29,909 nucleotides of DNA from NCBI GenBank assembly GCA_019057795.1, contig JAHLWS010000004.1, positions 1 through 29,909 of the forward strand. Reading direction: 5' to 3'. Position 1 is the stretch's first letter. The number at the start of each line of letters is the position of its first letter. This DNA is from Promethearchaeota archaeon. Its GTDB lineage: Archaea; Asgardarchaeota; Lokiarchaeia; Sigyniarchaeales; SOKP01. The position numbers were made by a program, and so were the translations under genes. Shown here piece after piece: positions 9,139 to 18,580 of this stretch. The notes under the pieces were generated by a model. It searched no databases, was not told where the DNA came from, and saw only the letters and a program-made list of their open reading frames with translations.

Positions 9139-9795
9139 ATGTCACTAACTTTCGGATATTTCCAATACCATCCAGATATGATCTTTTCTTTATTATTTGT
9201 GTTTATTGAGGCTATTGTGCTCATCCTCTTGAATATAATGTTACTCCGGTCGGGAAGAGCTGAAGAAGGAAGGCAGAAACAGAAAATCTTGGTTAGTCTC
9301 AGTATTACCAATATTGTGTTTATTTTGCTTCAATTTGCTATTCCATCTGTCGTGGCTACTGGTGAACCTTTAACAGAAATTGAGATAACTATCTTTAGAT
9401 TATATGTGCTTTTAACGGGTTTGCTTGTAAGAATTCCCTTCTTCATAACGTATGGGATTATGATGTATTGGTATGGAAAGGTAAACAGAGATTTACTTAG
9501 TAAAAATTACATGGTTTCAGCTTGGATTTTGTTGGTGTGCAATGGCTTTTTTGTGATTAATTTCATTTTTGCTTTCATTGCCGCTTTAACTTCCTCTCAA
9601 TTAGCTTTTATCGATATCCAAGGAGTGCTAAGAGTCATTTTTCTACTGGTGTATCTAGTAGGATGGGTATTTTTAGCTCTTCATGGAAAAATAGCTGGTA
9701 ACAACAATTTCATCTATGCAGGGATTTTAGGGTGCATTATGGTCTTTTTTATGTGGTTATCTTACACAACTCTTATTATTACTCTAATTATTTAA
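9139..9795 (+). CDS. Polytopic (about 6 TM) membrane protein
   Basis: 218-aa hydrophobic ORF, somewhat more G-rich than its neighbours. Confidence 0.85.
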   Translation: MSLTFGYFQYHPDMIFSLLFVFIEAIVLILLNIMLLRSGRAEEGRQKQKILVSLSITNIVFILLQFAIPSVVATGEPLTEIEITIFRLYVLLTGLLVRIPFFITYGIMMYWYGKVNRDLLSKNYMVSAWILLVCNGFFVINFIFAFIAALTSSQLAFIDIQGVLRVIFLLVYLVGWVFLALHGKIAGNNNFIYAGILGCIMVFFMWLSYTTLIITLII

Positions 9796-9814
9796 CCCCT
9801 TTTTTTTCCTTTTT
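9796..9814 (+). terminator. Oligo(T) archaeal-type terminator
   Basis: Pyrimidine/T tract (CCCC, T8, CC, T5) directly after the stop codon. Confidence 0.5.
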
Positions 9815-10095
9815 GTTAGGAAAACACGCCCAACACCACACTTTTCAGCTCAACTCACACCTCAAGGCACCCAACACCGCACATCTATACAAAAGAAAGA
9901 AGCCTTAAAGGATAAAACATTGCAAACAAATAGCAGAGTAGTACATGGACACACAAAACCACCGAAACTCAAGCAAGCCACACTCCACCACCAACCACCA
10001 AAACAAGCCCAAAAATCACTAAAACTAGCGAATCATACGCCCCAATTATAAAAACTACATTTATCAGATAAAAAGCCTCACGGGGAACGAATGAC
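9815..10095. other. A/C-skewed, GC-elevated non-coding tract
   Basis: Manual count over 9821-10020: A89 C67 G21 T23. Near-direct repeat CCCAACACC(A/G)CAC at 9829-9841 and 9870-9882. Confidence 0.8.
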
Positions 10096-10166
10096 TAAAG
10101 ACCAAATATATTGTAAATATCAAAGATGTTATGTTGCTAATTTGGGAATATATTGAATTATAAAAT

Positions 10167-10598
10167 ATGCCTATAATGGTGAAACATCAGTTGGAAAAGG
10201 AAAAAAGAAGTGGATTGATTCTATTTATTATTGGTACAATTATATTAATTTCTGCTATTATATGGGCTATATTCCGGTCATTAGACTTAGGAATATACGT
10301 ATTAGCAATGGGTTATCCAACAATATATTTTATTGCTTTTGGATTGTTTCTTTTTATCATCGGTATTTATACCTTATTAAGCAATCCCAGAAACAAAGGA
10401 CTATTATTATTAATTATCGGGTCATTATTAACTAGTGTGGGTTCATATTATACTATAAATATATTCTTAAATTTTGAGATATTCAAATCTGAACCACAAA
10501 TAATTGTTTATGTAATAATACCGATAATTATCGGAATCATAATAATCTTATTTGGAATTAAACTAGTCAGGATGGAAATTAATCACAATTTAGTATGA
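10167..10598 (+). CDS. 4-TM membrane protein with internal 2-TM duplication
   Basis: RSGLILFIIGTIIL vs NKGLLLLIIGSLL. Confidence 0.8.
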   Translation: MPIMVKHQLEKEKRSGLILFIIGTIILISAIIWAIFRSLDLGIYVLAMGYPTIYFIAFGLFLFIIGIYTLLSNPRNKGLLLLIIGSLLTSVGSYYTINIFLNFEIFKSEPQIIVYVIIPIIIGIIIILFGIKLVRMEINHNLV

Positions 10599-10637
10599 TT
10601 TATTATTTTATCTTTTTGAATAATCCATAACTTTAAT

Positions 10638-11051
10638 TTAGTAATATAACCACTTCAGAGTTTCTGGAATTAGGATAATGTAAAAAAGAAAACTTTCTAG
10701 AATCAATTCTATGATGACGATTATGAGAATGATGACTAAGGATTCTTGCGAATTATGTTTGTATACAAAATTAAAAATCTTAACACCGAGAAAGATATTA
10801 ATAATGAATGTTACGATTACGAGTAAAATCGGATAAAAAATATAATATTGATAAAAGGGGTCAAGAACTAGATCAAGAATGAGATTCATAATAATCAATA
10901 TGAGAAATATTACTGTTCTCCAACAAAGAATAAAGTATAAAGAGATTCTAAATCGATAGACCCACCCCTTTTTCCTTTCATACCAATTGATAAGGATTAT
11001 CCCGATTATAATGATGATGATATAGCGTATAAGCTCAGTGATTATTTCCAT
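10638..11051 (-). CDS. 4-TM membrane protein
   Basis: Hydrophobic 137-aa ORF, 51 nt downstream of 11103..12569. Confidence 0.75.
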   Translation of the reverse strand: MEIITELIRYIIIIIIGIILINWYERKKGWVYRFRISLYFILCWRTVIFLILIIMNLILDLVLDPFYQYYIFYPILLVIVTFIINIFLGVKIFNFVYKHNSQESLVIILIIVIIELILESFLFYIILIPETLKWLYY

Positions 11052-11102
11052 AATAGTCTTACCTTTTTTCTTGCACCATCTTAGAATAATTTCATCTATT
11101 CA

Positions 11103-12569
11103 TTAACGAGATTTAATTGAAGGAAGGGTTTTTTTTATTGTATATACAATCACAATTAAAATAAGGCAAATAATGACAGTCATAGCTGGAAAGCTAAATA
11201 ACATATATGAGTAAAGGGGGTCAGAGAGTTGTAAAAATGCTTGAGCACTCATGTTCATTACTAACAGCTGATAAATGAATAAACCAACCAATCCACTACT
11301 GACCGAAAGTAGTATGATTGAATTTATCTTAGATAAGTGAAACCCAAACCAATTAGTTTTAAATTCCCTAGAGTTTTCAATATTTTTGATAATATTATCA
11401 AAACGATGATTTCTTAATATTTTTCCAATTGGATAATAGCAGAAAAGTATAATCAGGATTAATATAATGTCAAACAAATTAGGGCCAAATAGTGTAAAAC
11501 CAGGAGCACCTCCAAATAAAAAAATAAAAGATAGATAAGTATAAGTGAAAAAAATAATGTAGAGAAGTGCTAACGATAATAAAATTATTGCTCTATGAGG
11601 AGTTAATTTTACTTGAAACCACGAAAGCTCATCAGAAGTTTTCATTTCTTTATGATTTTGTTCTTTAAGAAAAAAACTAGAGATCATGAGAGCTAAACAA
11701 ATACAAAAAAAACTTATCGTTTTAATAAGATCTTCATTTTGGTATGGATTCGGAGCATTGGAAGATATTCCTAAAAGAGATGATATTTCATAATTGAATA
11801 GTGCAAGGTGACAAAAGATCCTAGCTGAAAGGAGAATAAGCACCACAAAAGAAACGATGAAAATAAGAAGACTATAATTCTTAGTTATTTTTTTTAAAGG
11901 ATTCATGGGTTTGCCTCTTCGCACTATAAATAGACTGTAAAGACAAAGCAAAAAGAATGTTGCCTTTATTGCAAGTGGAACGTTGTTTAACAAAATTTCA
12001 TGCGATGTTGCTCGATTTGAGCCCTCTGGAATCCAACAAAGCGAATCCAACAACCCAAAGTCGTATATTGAATGAGATAAAAGAGATACTAAAAAAAGTT
12101 CTACTATGAAGAATATCCCTACTAATGATGCACTAAATATAAATAACGACTGACCATGAGATATTTTTAATCCAAGCCAGTTCACAATTCTTTCTTGGTG
12201 AATTGTTTTTCTTTTTATCTTGCGCTCAGTATTTTTGTGCCTTAAAATTTTTCTTAAAGCATAGATGCTAAGGATAAGAAATATAGTAGATTTAATTAAC
12301 CTTATAAGAATTGGGAAAAAATTGTAGATTAGATAATCTTCAGGACGGTGATATGGTTCCAACAAATAATTAGGAAGAGTGGAGAATAGGAAATTAAATA
12401 AATTGAGGAAAATGTCTCCGGCTAAAGTAAAGGGGAGTAAAAAAATCCCTATTAGGGATAAAATCAAAAATAAACTGGTTTGCGAACGATTTAGTTCAAA
12501 TCCGAACAGGGTTATTCGAGAGATGCTCAAACCTGATTCGTGGGTTTTTTTAACTTCCAAATTGATCAT
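11103..12569 (-). CDS. Polytopic membrane protein built from about five 2-TM repeats
   Basis: Recurrent (N/S)W(F/L)G-hydrophobic-(K/H/E)(L/I)xxxxS motif ahead of TM pairs. Confidence 0.85.
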   Translation of the reverse strand: MINLEVKKTHESGLSISRITLFGFELNRSQTSLFLILSLIGIFLLPFTLAGDIFLNLFNFLFSTLPNYLLEPYHRPEDYLIYNFFPILIRLIKSTIFLILSIYALRKILRHKNTERKIKRKTIHQERIVNWLGLKISHGQSLFIFSASLVGIFFIVELFLVSLLSHSIYDFGLLDSLCWIPEGSNRATSHEILLNNVPLAIKATFFLLCLYSLFIVRRGKPMNPLKKITKNYSLLIFIVSFVVLILLSARIFCHLALFNYEISSLLGISSNAPNPYQNEDLIKTISFFCICLALMISSFFLKEQNHKEMKTSDELSWFQVKLTPHRAIILLSLALLYIIFFTYTYLSFIFLFGGAPGFTLFGPNLFDIILILIILFCYYPIGKILRNHRFDNIIKNIENSREFKTNWFGFHLSKINSIILLSVSSGLVGLFIYQLLVMNMSAQAFLQLSDPLYSYMLFSFPAMTVIICLILIVIVYTIKKTLPSIKSR

Positions 12570-12605
12570 TCCTTATTTTTTAATGCTTAAATAATTGATT
12601 AATTT

Positions 12606-12662
12606 AAAAAGATTCGGTACTGATTGTAGCTATATATAACATAATTATTGTCTTTAAAGACA
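12606..12662 (-). promoter_or_regulatory. Conserved upstream element with palindrome TGTCTTTAAAGACA (12649-12662)
   Basis: Perfect 14-bp palindrome. AAAAAGATTC(G/A)GTACT(G/A)ATTGT is shared with 14078-14099. TATA-like TTATATATAG on the minus strand at 12630-12639. Confidence 0.7.
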
Positions 12663-12718
12663 TGAAATTTGTCCAAATACATATAAATATCATTTATCAT
12701 ATAAGTTTTTTATTCTAA

Positions 12719-14011
12719 TTAGAATGGTTTCTTTACATTTTTTTTTAAGTATTGAAAAGTCGTTATTACGCTGATTAAGAGCACGAGTCCTATTATTGAA
12801 AACATGAAAAATAAGTTATATCCCGAGATTATTAATTCCGGAGCTTTGATATTGTCTCGATCAAATAAATAAATATAATGTCTCCCTCCAGCTATGATAT
12901 ATTTGCCATCTGTTGACATATCTAAGCTATAATCTTTGCTTGAGGCAAAAATCCCATCCAATCTATATCTCCATATGGGTATTGAACTATTTCTATTAAA
13001 TAGATAAAGAAAATGATCAGCACTCTGTGCGACAATATAGTCCCCATTGTAAGAAATAGCAACTGATGTAATTTCACCTTTTGTTGAGTAAATCCATTCG
13101 GGTGTTGGACTGGATCGATTAAAAAAGTATACATTATAATCCATGTAATCACCACCTACGACAATATAATTTCCGTCTTTAGACAATTTAACAGAACCTA
13201 CATAATCAGGAGTATCATAAGTCCACAATGGAATTGAACTGTTTTTCCTAAAAAAATACACTTTATCACCCCCCGATGCTATATAATTACCATCTGCAGA
13301 TATAGATAAAGATGAGCTCCCATATCCTGACAAAGTATAACTCCATTCAGGTGAAATATTGGATGTATTAAAAAAATATAGCTTTGCAGCATTATCCGTA
13401 ACTGCCATATATCTACCAGTTGAAGAGAGTGCCACTCTAAGCGTTAATCCCGTAGTAGGGAATTCTAAAATTGAAGAAGGTTCTGTATTGTTTAAAAGAA
13501 AAACTTTTTTACTTATACCACTTGCAGCGGCGACTAAATGTCCATCATCAGTAATCCCTACATCATAAATCCAACTCCCTGTATAATAAATCCATTGGGG
13601 TGTAGAATTTGAATTATTAAAACTATAAACCGTTGCTTCGGAGTAACCACCACCTGCAACAATGTAAGATCCATTTGCTGAAATTGCTACCGAATAAAAG
13701 CTATTTGTTATTGAGTAATTCCACAATGGGCTCTTTGTATTAGAGATTGAATTATCAAATAAATACAATTTCCCATTTTCGGGCAAGTTAATATTGCTTA
13801 CTTGATTATCACAGATAGCTGTAATATAGGACCCTTCTGAAGAAATTGCTACTCCTGAAACGTATTGTTTTCCTGCTGAGTAGGACCATAATGGAGTTGT
13901 TGAAGGATCTGAATATATAAAAGCAGAACTTTCCCTAATAAAAAAAGAATTCCCTATAATCATAAATGTTAATAAAAGTAAAAAATGAACCTTAAGTCGT
14001 TTTGAATTCAT
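12719..14011 (-). CDS. Surface 8-bladed WD40/PQQ-like beta-propeller with signal peptide and Loki-CTERM-like anchor
   Basis: Eight VAISxxGxYI-type repeats with PxWxY motifs; N-terminal signal; C-terminal ISGYNLFFMFSIIG-TM-KK tail. Confidence 0.9.
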   Translation of the reverse strand: MNSKRLKVHFLLLLTFMIIGNSFFIRESSAFIYSDPSTTPLWSYSAGKQYVSGVAISSEGSYITAICDNQVSNINLPENGKLYLFDNSISNTKSPLWNYSITNSFYSVAISANGSYIVAGGGYSEATVYSFNNSNSTPQWIYYTGSWIYDVGITDDGHLVAAASGISKKVFLLNNTEPSSILEFPTTGLTLRVALSSTGRYMAVTDNAAKLYFFNTSNISPEWSYTLSGYGSSSLSISADGNYIASGGDKVYFFRKNSSIPLWTYDTPDYVGSVKLSKDGNYIVVGGDYMDYNVYFFNRSSPTPEWIYSTKGEITSVAISYNGDYIVAQSADHFLYLFNRNSSIPIWRYRLDGIFASSKDYSLDMSTDGKYIIAGGRHYIYLFDRDNIKAPELIISGYNLFFMFSIIGLVLLISVITTFQYLKKNVKKPF

Positions 14012-14077
14012 TTTAAATATTAAATTATATAAAATTTTTTTAAAACTTCAATAATTCCTAATTAATTAATACTCAAT

Positions 14078-14134
14078 AAAAAGATTCAGTACTAATTGTT
14101 GTCATACAAAACAACATATATGTCTTATAAGACG
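14078..14134 (-). promoter_or_regulatory. Second copy of the upstream element, with palindrome GTCTTATAAGAC (14122-14133)
   Basis: Same offset (1472 nt) for both conserved blocks relative to 12606-12662. Confidence 0.7.
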
Positions 14135-14177
14135 TAAACATTGTTTAATAAAAATAAATACTTAAACTCATAAAAAT

Positions 14178-14223
14178 TAAGTATAGAAGGTTTTAATAAT
14201 CAGCATACTCTGTTCTATACTTA
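14178..14223 (+). promoter_or_regulatory. TATA-like box (TTTTAATA, 14191-14198) bracketed by an 11-bp perfect inverted repeat
   Basis: TAAGTATAGAA (14178-14188), 24-nt spacer, TTCTATACTTA (14213-14223); ATG at 14226. Confidence 0.6.
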
Positions 14224-14225
14224 GG

Positions 14226-14687
14226 ATGAATTCTATTACTGATTTTTTCGAAAAATACCATTTGGATAGTTTTGATGAAGCGCTAAAACTAAGAGGCAAC
14301 GATAAAATAACCTTTTTTAATGATCTAATTTCTCTATTAAGCTCAGTTTGCAGGATTTTTGATAAATTAACAACAGTATTTTCCCTTAGGGGCGGGCAAG
14401 TATTAATGAGCCTAGCAAAATTACAGGATTATGAAGATATTATATCCAAAACTGACATAATGAACTGTTTAAATATCAATCGGCGCGAAAAATTGATCCA
14501 TGCTTTTGATGTTTTACTAGAGCAGAATTACATTAAGATCAAGAAAAAAACTAGTAAATTTCACATGGTTAAATTGAATGAACAAGATAATCCCGATTTT
14601 ACATTATTTCGGGAAATCGTTCAAAGATTTTGGACTTCACCTCAAGAGGAAAAAGATAAAGCAAAATCATGGAGTGAAATAGAATGA
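14226..14687 (+). CDS. Putative winged-helix DNA-binding protein
   Basis: GQVLMSLAKL..IISKTDIMNCLNINRREKLIHAFDVLLEQNYIKIKK..FHMVKLN fits a wHTH layout; divergent from the propeller gene. Confidence 0.6.
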   Translation: MNSITDFFEKYHLDSFDEALKLRGNDKITFFNDLISLLSSVCRIFDKLTTVFSLRGGQVLMSLAKLQDYEDIISKTDIMNCLNINRREKLIHAFDVLLEQNYIKIKKKTSKFHMVKLNEQDNPDFTLFREIVQRFWTSPQEEKDKAKSWSEIE

Positions 14688-15532
14688 AGAGTCAGAACCG
14701 AAAAATATTAGAAATTAATTTTGAGAATAAAGAAAATACAACTCAGTTTTTTACCTTGATTAAAACTGAATATTTAAAAAAATTATATCAAACATATTTT
14801 TGGTTAATTTTACTGGTTATGATGTATGTAGTGTATCAGTTATTCACGACTCCCTTTAATCAAACCATTACAATATTCATTGCGGATTATGTCATTATTT
14901 GTGTACTTTTTTCTTTCTATTTATTAATCCACTTTTTCAATTTAACCTATGCCAGATTCTCGCCTACAATAATAAGATTTCTTGAAAAAGAGTTAAGTAT
15001 GTTAGACTATAAGATTAAAAGAAAATATAAGATTAGACTCTCCAATTTTCTGTTCACTTGTTTTTCTATTATTGTATTTATATTCTTTACAATTGGTATT
15101 TACAATTCTTATAACAATAATGTAATTTCCCTTATTATGAGATTACTCATTGTTTATATTTTTGTAGGGATTACAATACCGGTACTTCGTGGGAGATTAC
15201 ATGATATTTTTCTGGTAAACCTAAGAAATTCATATTTTGTTCAAATAAAACTGCAACTTAAACTAATTAAACATAAAGAAGTAGAATCTCAAATGGTTAA
15301 GATTTTTATGACATCAAATAAATTAGGTCCAAAAGCAGATCAGTCCGGACATGCGCGTTATAATAAAATAAGCGAAAAAAGATGGCTTCAAAGCAAAGAT
15401 AACAAAATTTTACCTCATTTTATTTCTAGGAACTATCTGATTTTTCATGAATATGCAACTTTAATAAACTTCAAGGAACACATTTTGAATATTGTCTCAG
15501 CAATTCGAGAGTGGGATATAACTAAAGGTTGA
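14684..15532 (+). CDS. 4-TM membrane protein with soluble C-terminal domain
   Basis: ATGA overlap with the upstream gene; four hydrophobic segments. Confidence 0.8.
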   Translation: MKSQNRKILEINFENKENTTQFFTLIKTEYLKKLYQTYFWLILLVMMYVVYQLFTTPFNQTITIFIADYVIICVLFSFYLLIHFFNLTYARFSPTIIRFLEKELSMLDYKIKRKYKIRLSNFLFTCFSIIVFIFFTIGIYNSYNNNVISLIMRLLIVYIFVGITIPVLRGRLHDIFLVNLRNSYFVQIKLQLKLIKHKEVESQMVKIFMTSNKLGPKADQSGHARYNKISEKRWLQSKDNKILPHFISRNYLIFHEYATLINFKEHILNIVSAIREWDITKG

Positions 15533-15748
15533 GATGCTCCCTCAAAAATAAGGAGTTTCAAAATTATATTTTATTTTTTAACAGGAATTAAAACAATGCA
15601 TAGTTATGGATAACATGAATATGGATATATTATTTACCTGAAATTTTGAATGAAAAGCAGTTTTTTCTTGATAAAAATACATTTTTAAAGAAAAGTTTTT
15701 ATGCAATTTTAATTTAAAAGAGATTAAAAGATAAATCCTTATTGACTT

Positions 15749-16693
15749 ATGGCTCTAACTGCAGATTCTGTTGTTGAGATTAAAAACCTGACAAAAAAAT
15801 ATGAAAACAAAGTAGTTGTTGATAATATTAGTCTAATTATCAAGGACTCATGTTTCGCCTTATTAGGACCAAATGGAGCTGGAAAAACCACGACGTTCTT
15901 AATGTTGCTCGGATTAGTAAGACCAACAAGCGGTACTGCATTCATATTAACACATGATATTAAAAGGGGTATTGATAAAGTGCGGGATCGGATAGGCTTC
16001 CTACCAGAAAATGTGGGTTTTTATCCAAAGTTAACAGCTCACCAACATCTCGAATTAATATTAAAAATCAGAAATGAACCATGTAGCAATTACGAGGTGG
16101 AGTCATTATTAAATTGGTGTGGTATTAACCAAGAATATTGGGATAAAAACGTTAAAACCTTTTCGCGGGGGATGAAACAACGGTTAGGTGTGGCCCAAGC
16201 TTTTGCGGGTAATCCTAGAATAGTTTTTCTTGACGAACCGCTGTCTAATATAGATGCTTTGGGAAGAGACGATCTTATTAATAAAATTAGGTTAAAACGG
16301 CAACAGGGTATCGCCATTGTAATTTCAAGCCATATAATTCTAGAACTTGAACAATTAGCAGAGGAATTAGCATTTATAGATAGAGGAAAGATCGTTAAAT
16401 ATGGGAATTATATTCATTTAAGTAAAGTAGTAGGATTTAATGAATATGAAATCACCCAGATCAATAAAAAATCAAAAATCTCTTTAGGAGAATTAAAGGA
16501 AATAGTTGAGAGCAAAGACGATACACTAATGAATGCCCCCAAAGTACTGGATGAAAAAATAATATTTAATTCTCAATACCCTGAGAAAATAAACCGCATT
16601 ATAGAAAATTTCAATGATTTTAGCTTAAAACCAATTACTGGAACTTTAACCAGATTATACAAACATTTTCTTACACAGGGTGAAATATCATAA
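15749..16693 (+). CDS. ABC transporter ATP-binding protein
   Basis: [24 protein letters not shown] motifs. Confidence 0.95.
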   Translation: MALTADSVVEIKNLTKKYENKVVVDNISLIIKDSCFALLGPNGAGKTTTFLMLLGLVRPTSGTAFILTHDIKRGIDKVRDRIGFLPENVGFYPKLTAHQHLELILKIRNEPCSNYEVESLLNWCGINQEYWDKNVKTFSRGMKQRLGVAQAFAGNPRIVFLDEPLSNIDALGRDDLINKIRLKRQQGIAIVISSHIILELEQLAEELAFIDRGKIVKYGNYIHLSKVVGFNEYEITQINKKSKISLGELKEIVESKDDTLMNAPKVLDEKIIFNSQYPEKINRIIENFNDFSLKPITGTLTRLYKHFLTQGEIS

Positions 16694-17499
16694 TAAGGAG
16701 TAAAAAAAATCTGCTACAAAAAGACATAGTTCTTAATCAGTTTTATTTTAGAAGGAGATTCTTTTCGATTAGAACCATTTTATGTCTTTTTTTGCTTTTC
16801 CTTCCTCTTTTCTATTTAATACTCAGCTATGAAGGTTATATTAATCCTTCGGTAGAAATCAGTCAAAATCTCTTTAATAACTCATACTTTTGGGGAGATT
16901 TTTTAAGACAGAACCTTTTTCGTCAATTACTGCCTGTTTTACCACTAATCTCTATTATGATTACCGCTGACTTAGTTTCGAGCGAGTTTTCTAATAGAAC
17001 TGCAATGGTGCTATATACCAATATTAATCGAAATACATTTATACGGGCAAAAATAGAGTTCTTAGTTATCTCTTTAGTAATTTACGTTAGTCTCCTCTGG
17101 ATATCGTTAATAATAGCTACCTCCCTCTTATTTCACGCCGTAATTAGTTTTAACTATCTAATCACTGGTTATATTCTTATATTTACCCATTTGTTATTTT
17201 ATGTCTCCTTTTCCTTTCTCTTATCATCACTGACTCAGAATACCTTTGTTGCCTTTTTGGTTCCCTTTTTTTACATGTATTTTGGCGGTTTTTTTATAGA
17301 TCTTGACATGGAACTTCTTTCTTATAATTATTATGGAGATACAGTTTTCTCTTTTTTTACAGAAATATTAATCTACAACAATTACGCTATCAACGATTTT
17401 CCGCTGTTAGTTTTTAGTTTATTTATGTATTTTGGACTACCAATAATTCTCTTTATCGTCACATATTTTGAATTTAAAAAAATAGATATTCGGGTTTAA
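16690..17499 (+). CDS. ABC-2 type permease; likely true start at ATA 16690
   Basis: ADLVSSEFSNRT...FIRAKI; ends FKKIDIRV. The frame is open 34 codons upstream of the called TTG, back to an ATAA overlap preceded by GGTGA. Confidence 0.8.
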   Translation: MIRSKKNLLQKDIVLNQFYFRRRFFSIRTILCLFLLFLPLFYLILSYEGYINPSVEISQNLFNNSYFWGDFLRQNLFRQLLPVLPLISIMITADLVSSEFSNRTAMVLYTNINRNTFIRAKIEFLVISLVIYVSLLWISLIIATSLLFHAVISFNYLITGYILIFTHLLFYVSFSFLLSSLTQNTFVAFLVPFFYMYFGGFFIDLDMELLSYNYYGDTVFSFFTEILIYNNYAINDFPLLVFSLFMYFGLPIILFIVTYFEFKKIDIRV

Positions 17500-17505
17500 G
17501 GTGCA

Positions 17506-18015
17506 ATGAGTAGAAAGATAACGCGGCAAGAATTTATTATTCTCTTTTTTTCAATAACAAGCATAGTTCTCTTACTTGTTCCATTTCCGAAAACCATAAT
17601 ATATCCCGCAGAAGGCATTACTGATGTAACTCCGGGGAATTACTCTTGGGATGAATTTGTCTTACCATGGAGATCATACGATCAACAAATCGATCTTAAT
17701 TTAACCCTTGTTTATGGAAATTTGTCACTCTTTATCCTCGATAGGGAAGCATATTTTAAATGGACTCTGGATCGGGATTTCCAAACTTATTATCAGATAG
17801 AAAACATTACAGATACATTAATCCTCTCGATTCAATTCAATCCTCCCATAACCCAATCTATGTATATTATATATATTCCATCCGAAGATTCAAGTTTTCA
17901 CAGAGAACTGAGAATTAATTACACGTTTTTCCACTCAAATTATGGTTTCTTTTTTCTAAGTATCGCACTTATCGTGGGTGGAAGATATGGTTATGTCAAA
18001 ATTAAAAACAGATAA
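17506..18015 (+). CDS. Membrane protein with N- and C-terminal TMs around a small extracellular domain
   Basis: Hydrophobic termini; 6 nt after the permease stop. Confidence 0.82.
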   Translation: MSRKITRQEFIILFFSITSIVLLLVPFPKTIIYPAEGITDVTPGNYSWDEFVLPWRSYDQQIDLNLTLVYGNLSLFILDREAYFKWTLDRDFQTYYQIENITDTLILSIQFNPPITQSMYIIYIPSEDSSFHRELRINYTFFHSNYGFFFLSIALIVGGRYGYVKIKNR

Positions 18016-18291
18016 TTAAATACGATTCTTCTTGAACATTCTAGTTTTTTGAATCTGAATTAAAGATTTTAGATTTATCTGTTAATCACATCACTGATTT
18101 TTAATCAGCTTTACTTTTAGCTTATTGATAAATCTTTTTGTCCTATATCACTACAGCACCGATCTTCCCTTTATCCGTTCTAATCTCAGCATAAAAATGC
18201 TCTCCCTCCTTTCTCTACTAATTAATATTGAAATAATATACGAAATCTTTCATCTTTTCTTCCAAATAAAACAAAAAAAACAAAAAGGATA

Positions 18292-18387
18292 ATGACAGAG
18301 ACAGTTATTAAATTAAAAAATGTGAATAAGAAATTTGGGAATCTTTCAGCAGTTAATAATGTAATTTTAGAAATAAAAAAAGGTGAA
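18292..18387 (+). pseudogene. 5' stub of an ABC ATPase
   Basis: MTETVIKLKNVNKKFGNLSAVNNVILEIKKGE matches the starts of 4747..5790 and 18581..19615, then loses similarity just before Walker A and reads through AT-rich DNA to 18546. Confidence 0.85.
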
Positions 18388-18580
18388 AATAAAGAAGAAT
18401 ATGTTTTTGAATTTTATAATGAGGAAAAATTAAAATTTAAAAAAACTAATACATTTTCATATTTCTATTATAATTTTAAGAATAACAATATAAAACTAAA
18501 AGGAATAGTAATAAATTTAGATGTATATAATTATTATAGAGGATAATAATTCTTATCAAAGTGAAATGGATTAGAAGACA

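Noticed and set aside
9829-9882. CRISPR mini-array
   Set aside because: Only two imperfect 13-bp repeats, too short, and no cas genes.
18060-18230. Minus-strand remnant reading KEGEHFYAEIRTDKGKIGAVVI
   Set aside because: Multiple stops and too short to assign; possibly a decayed gene.
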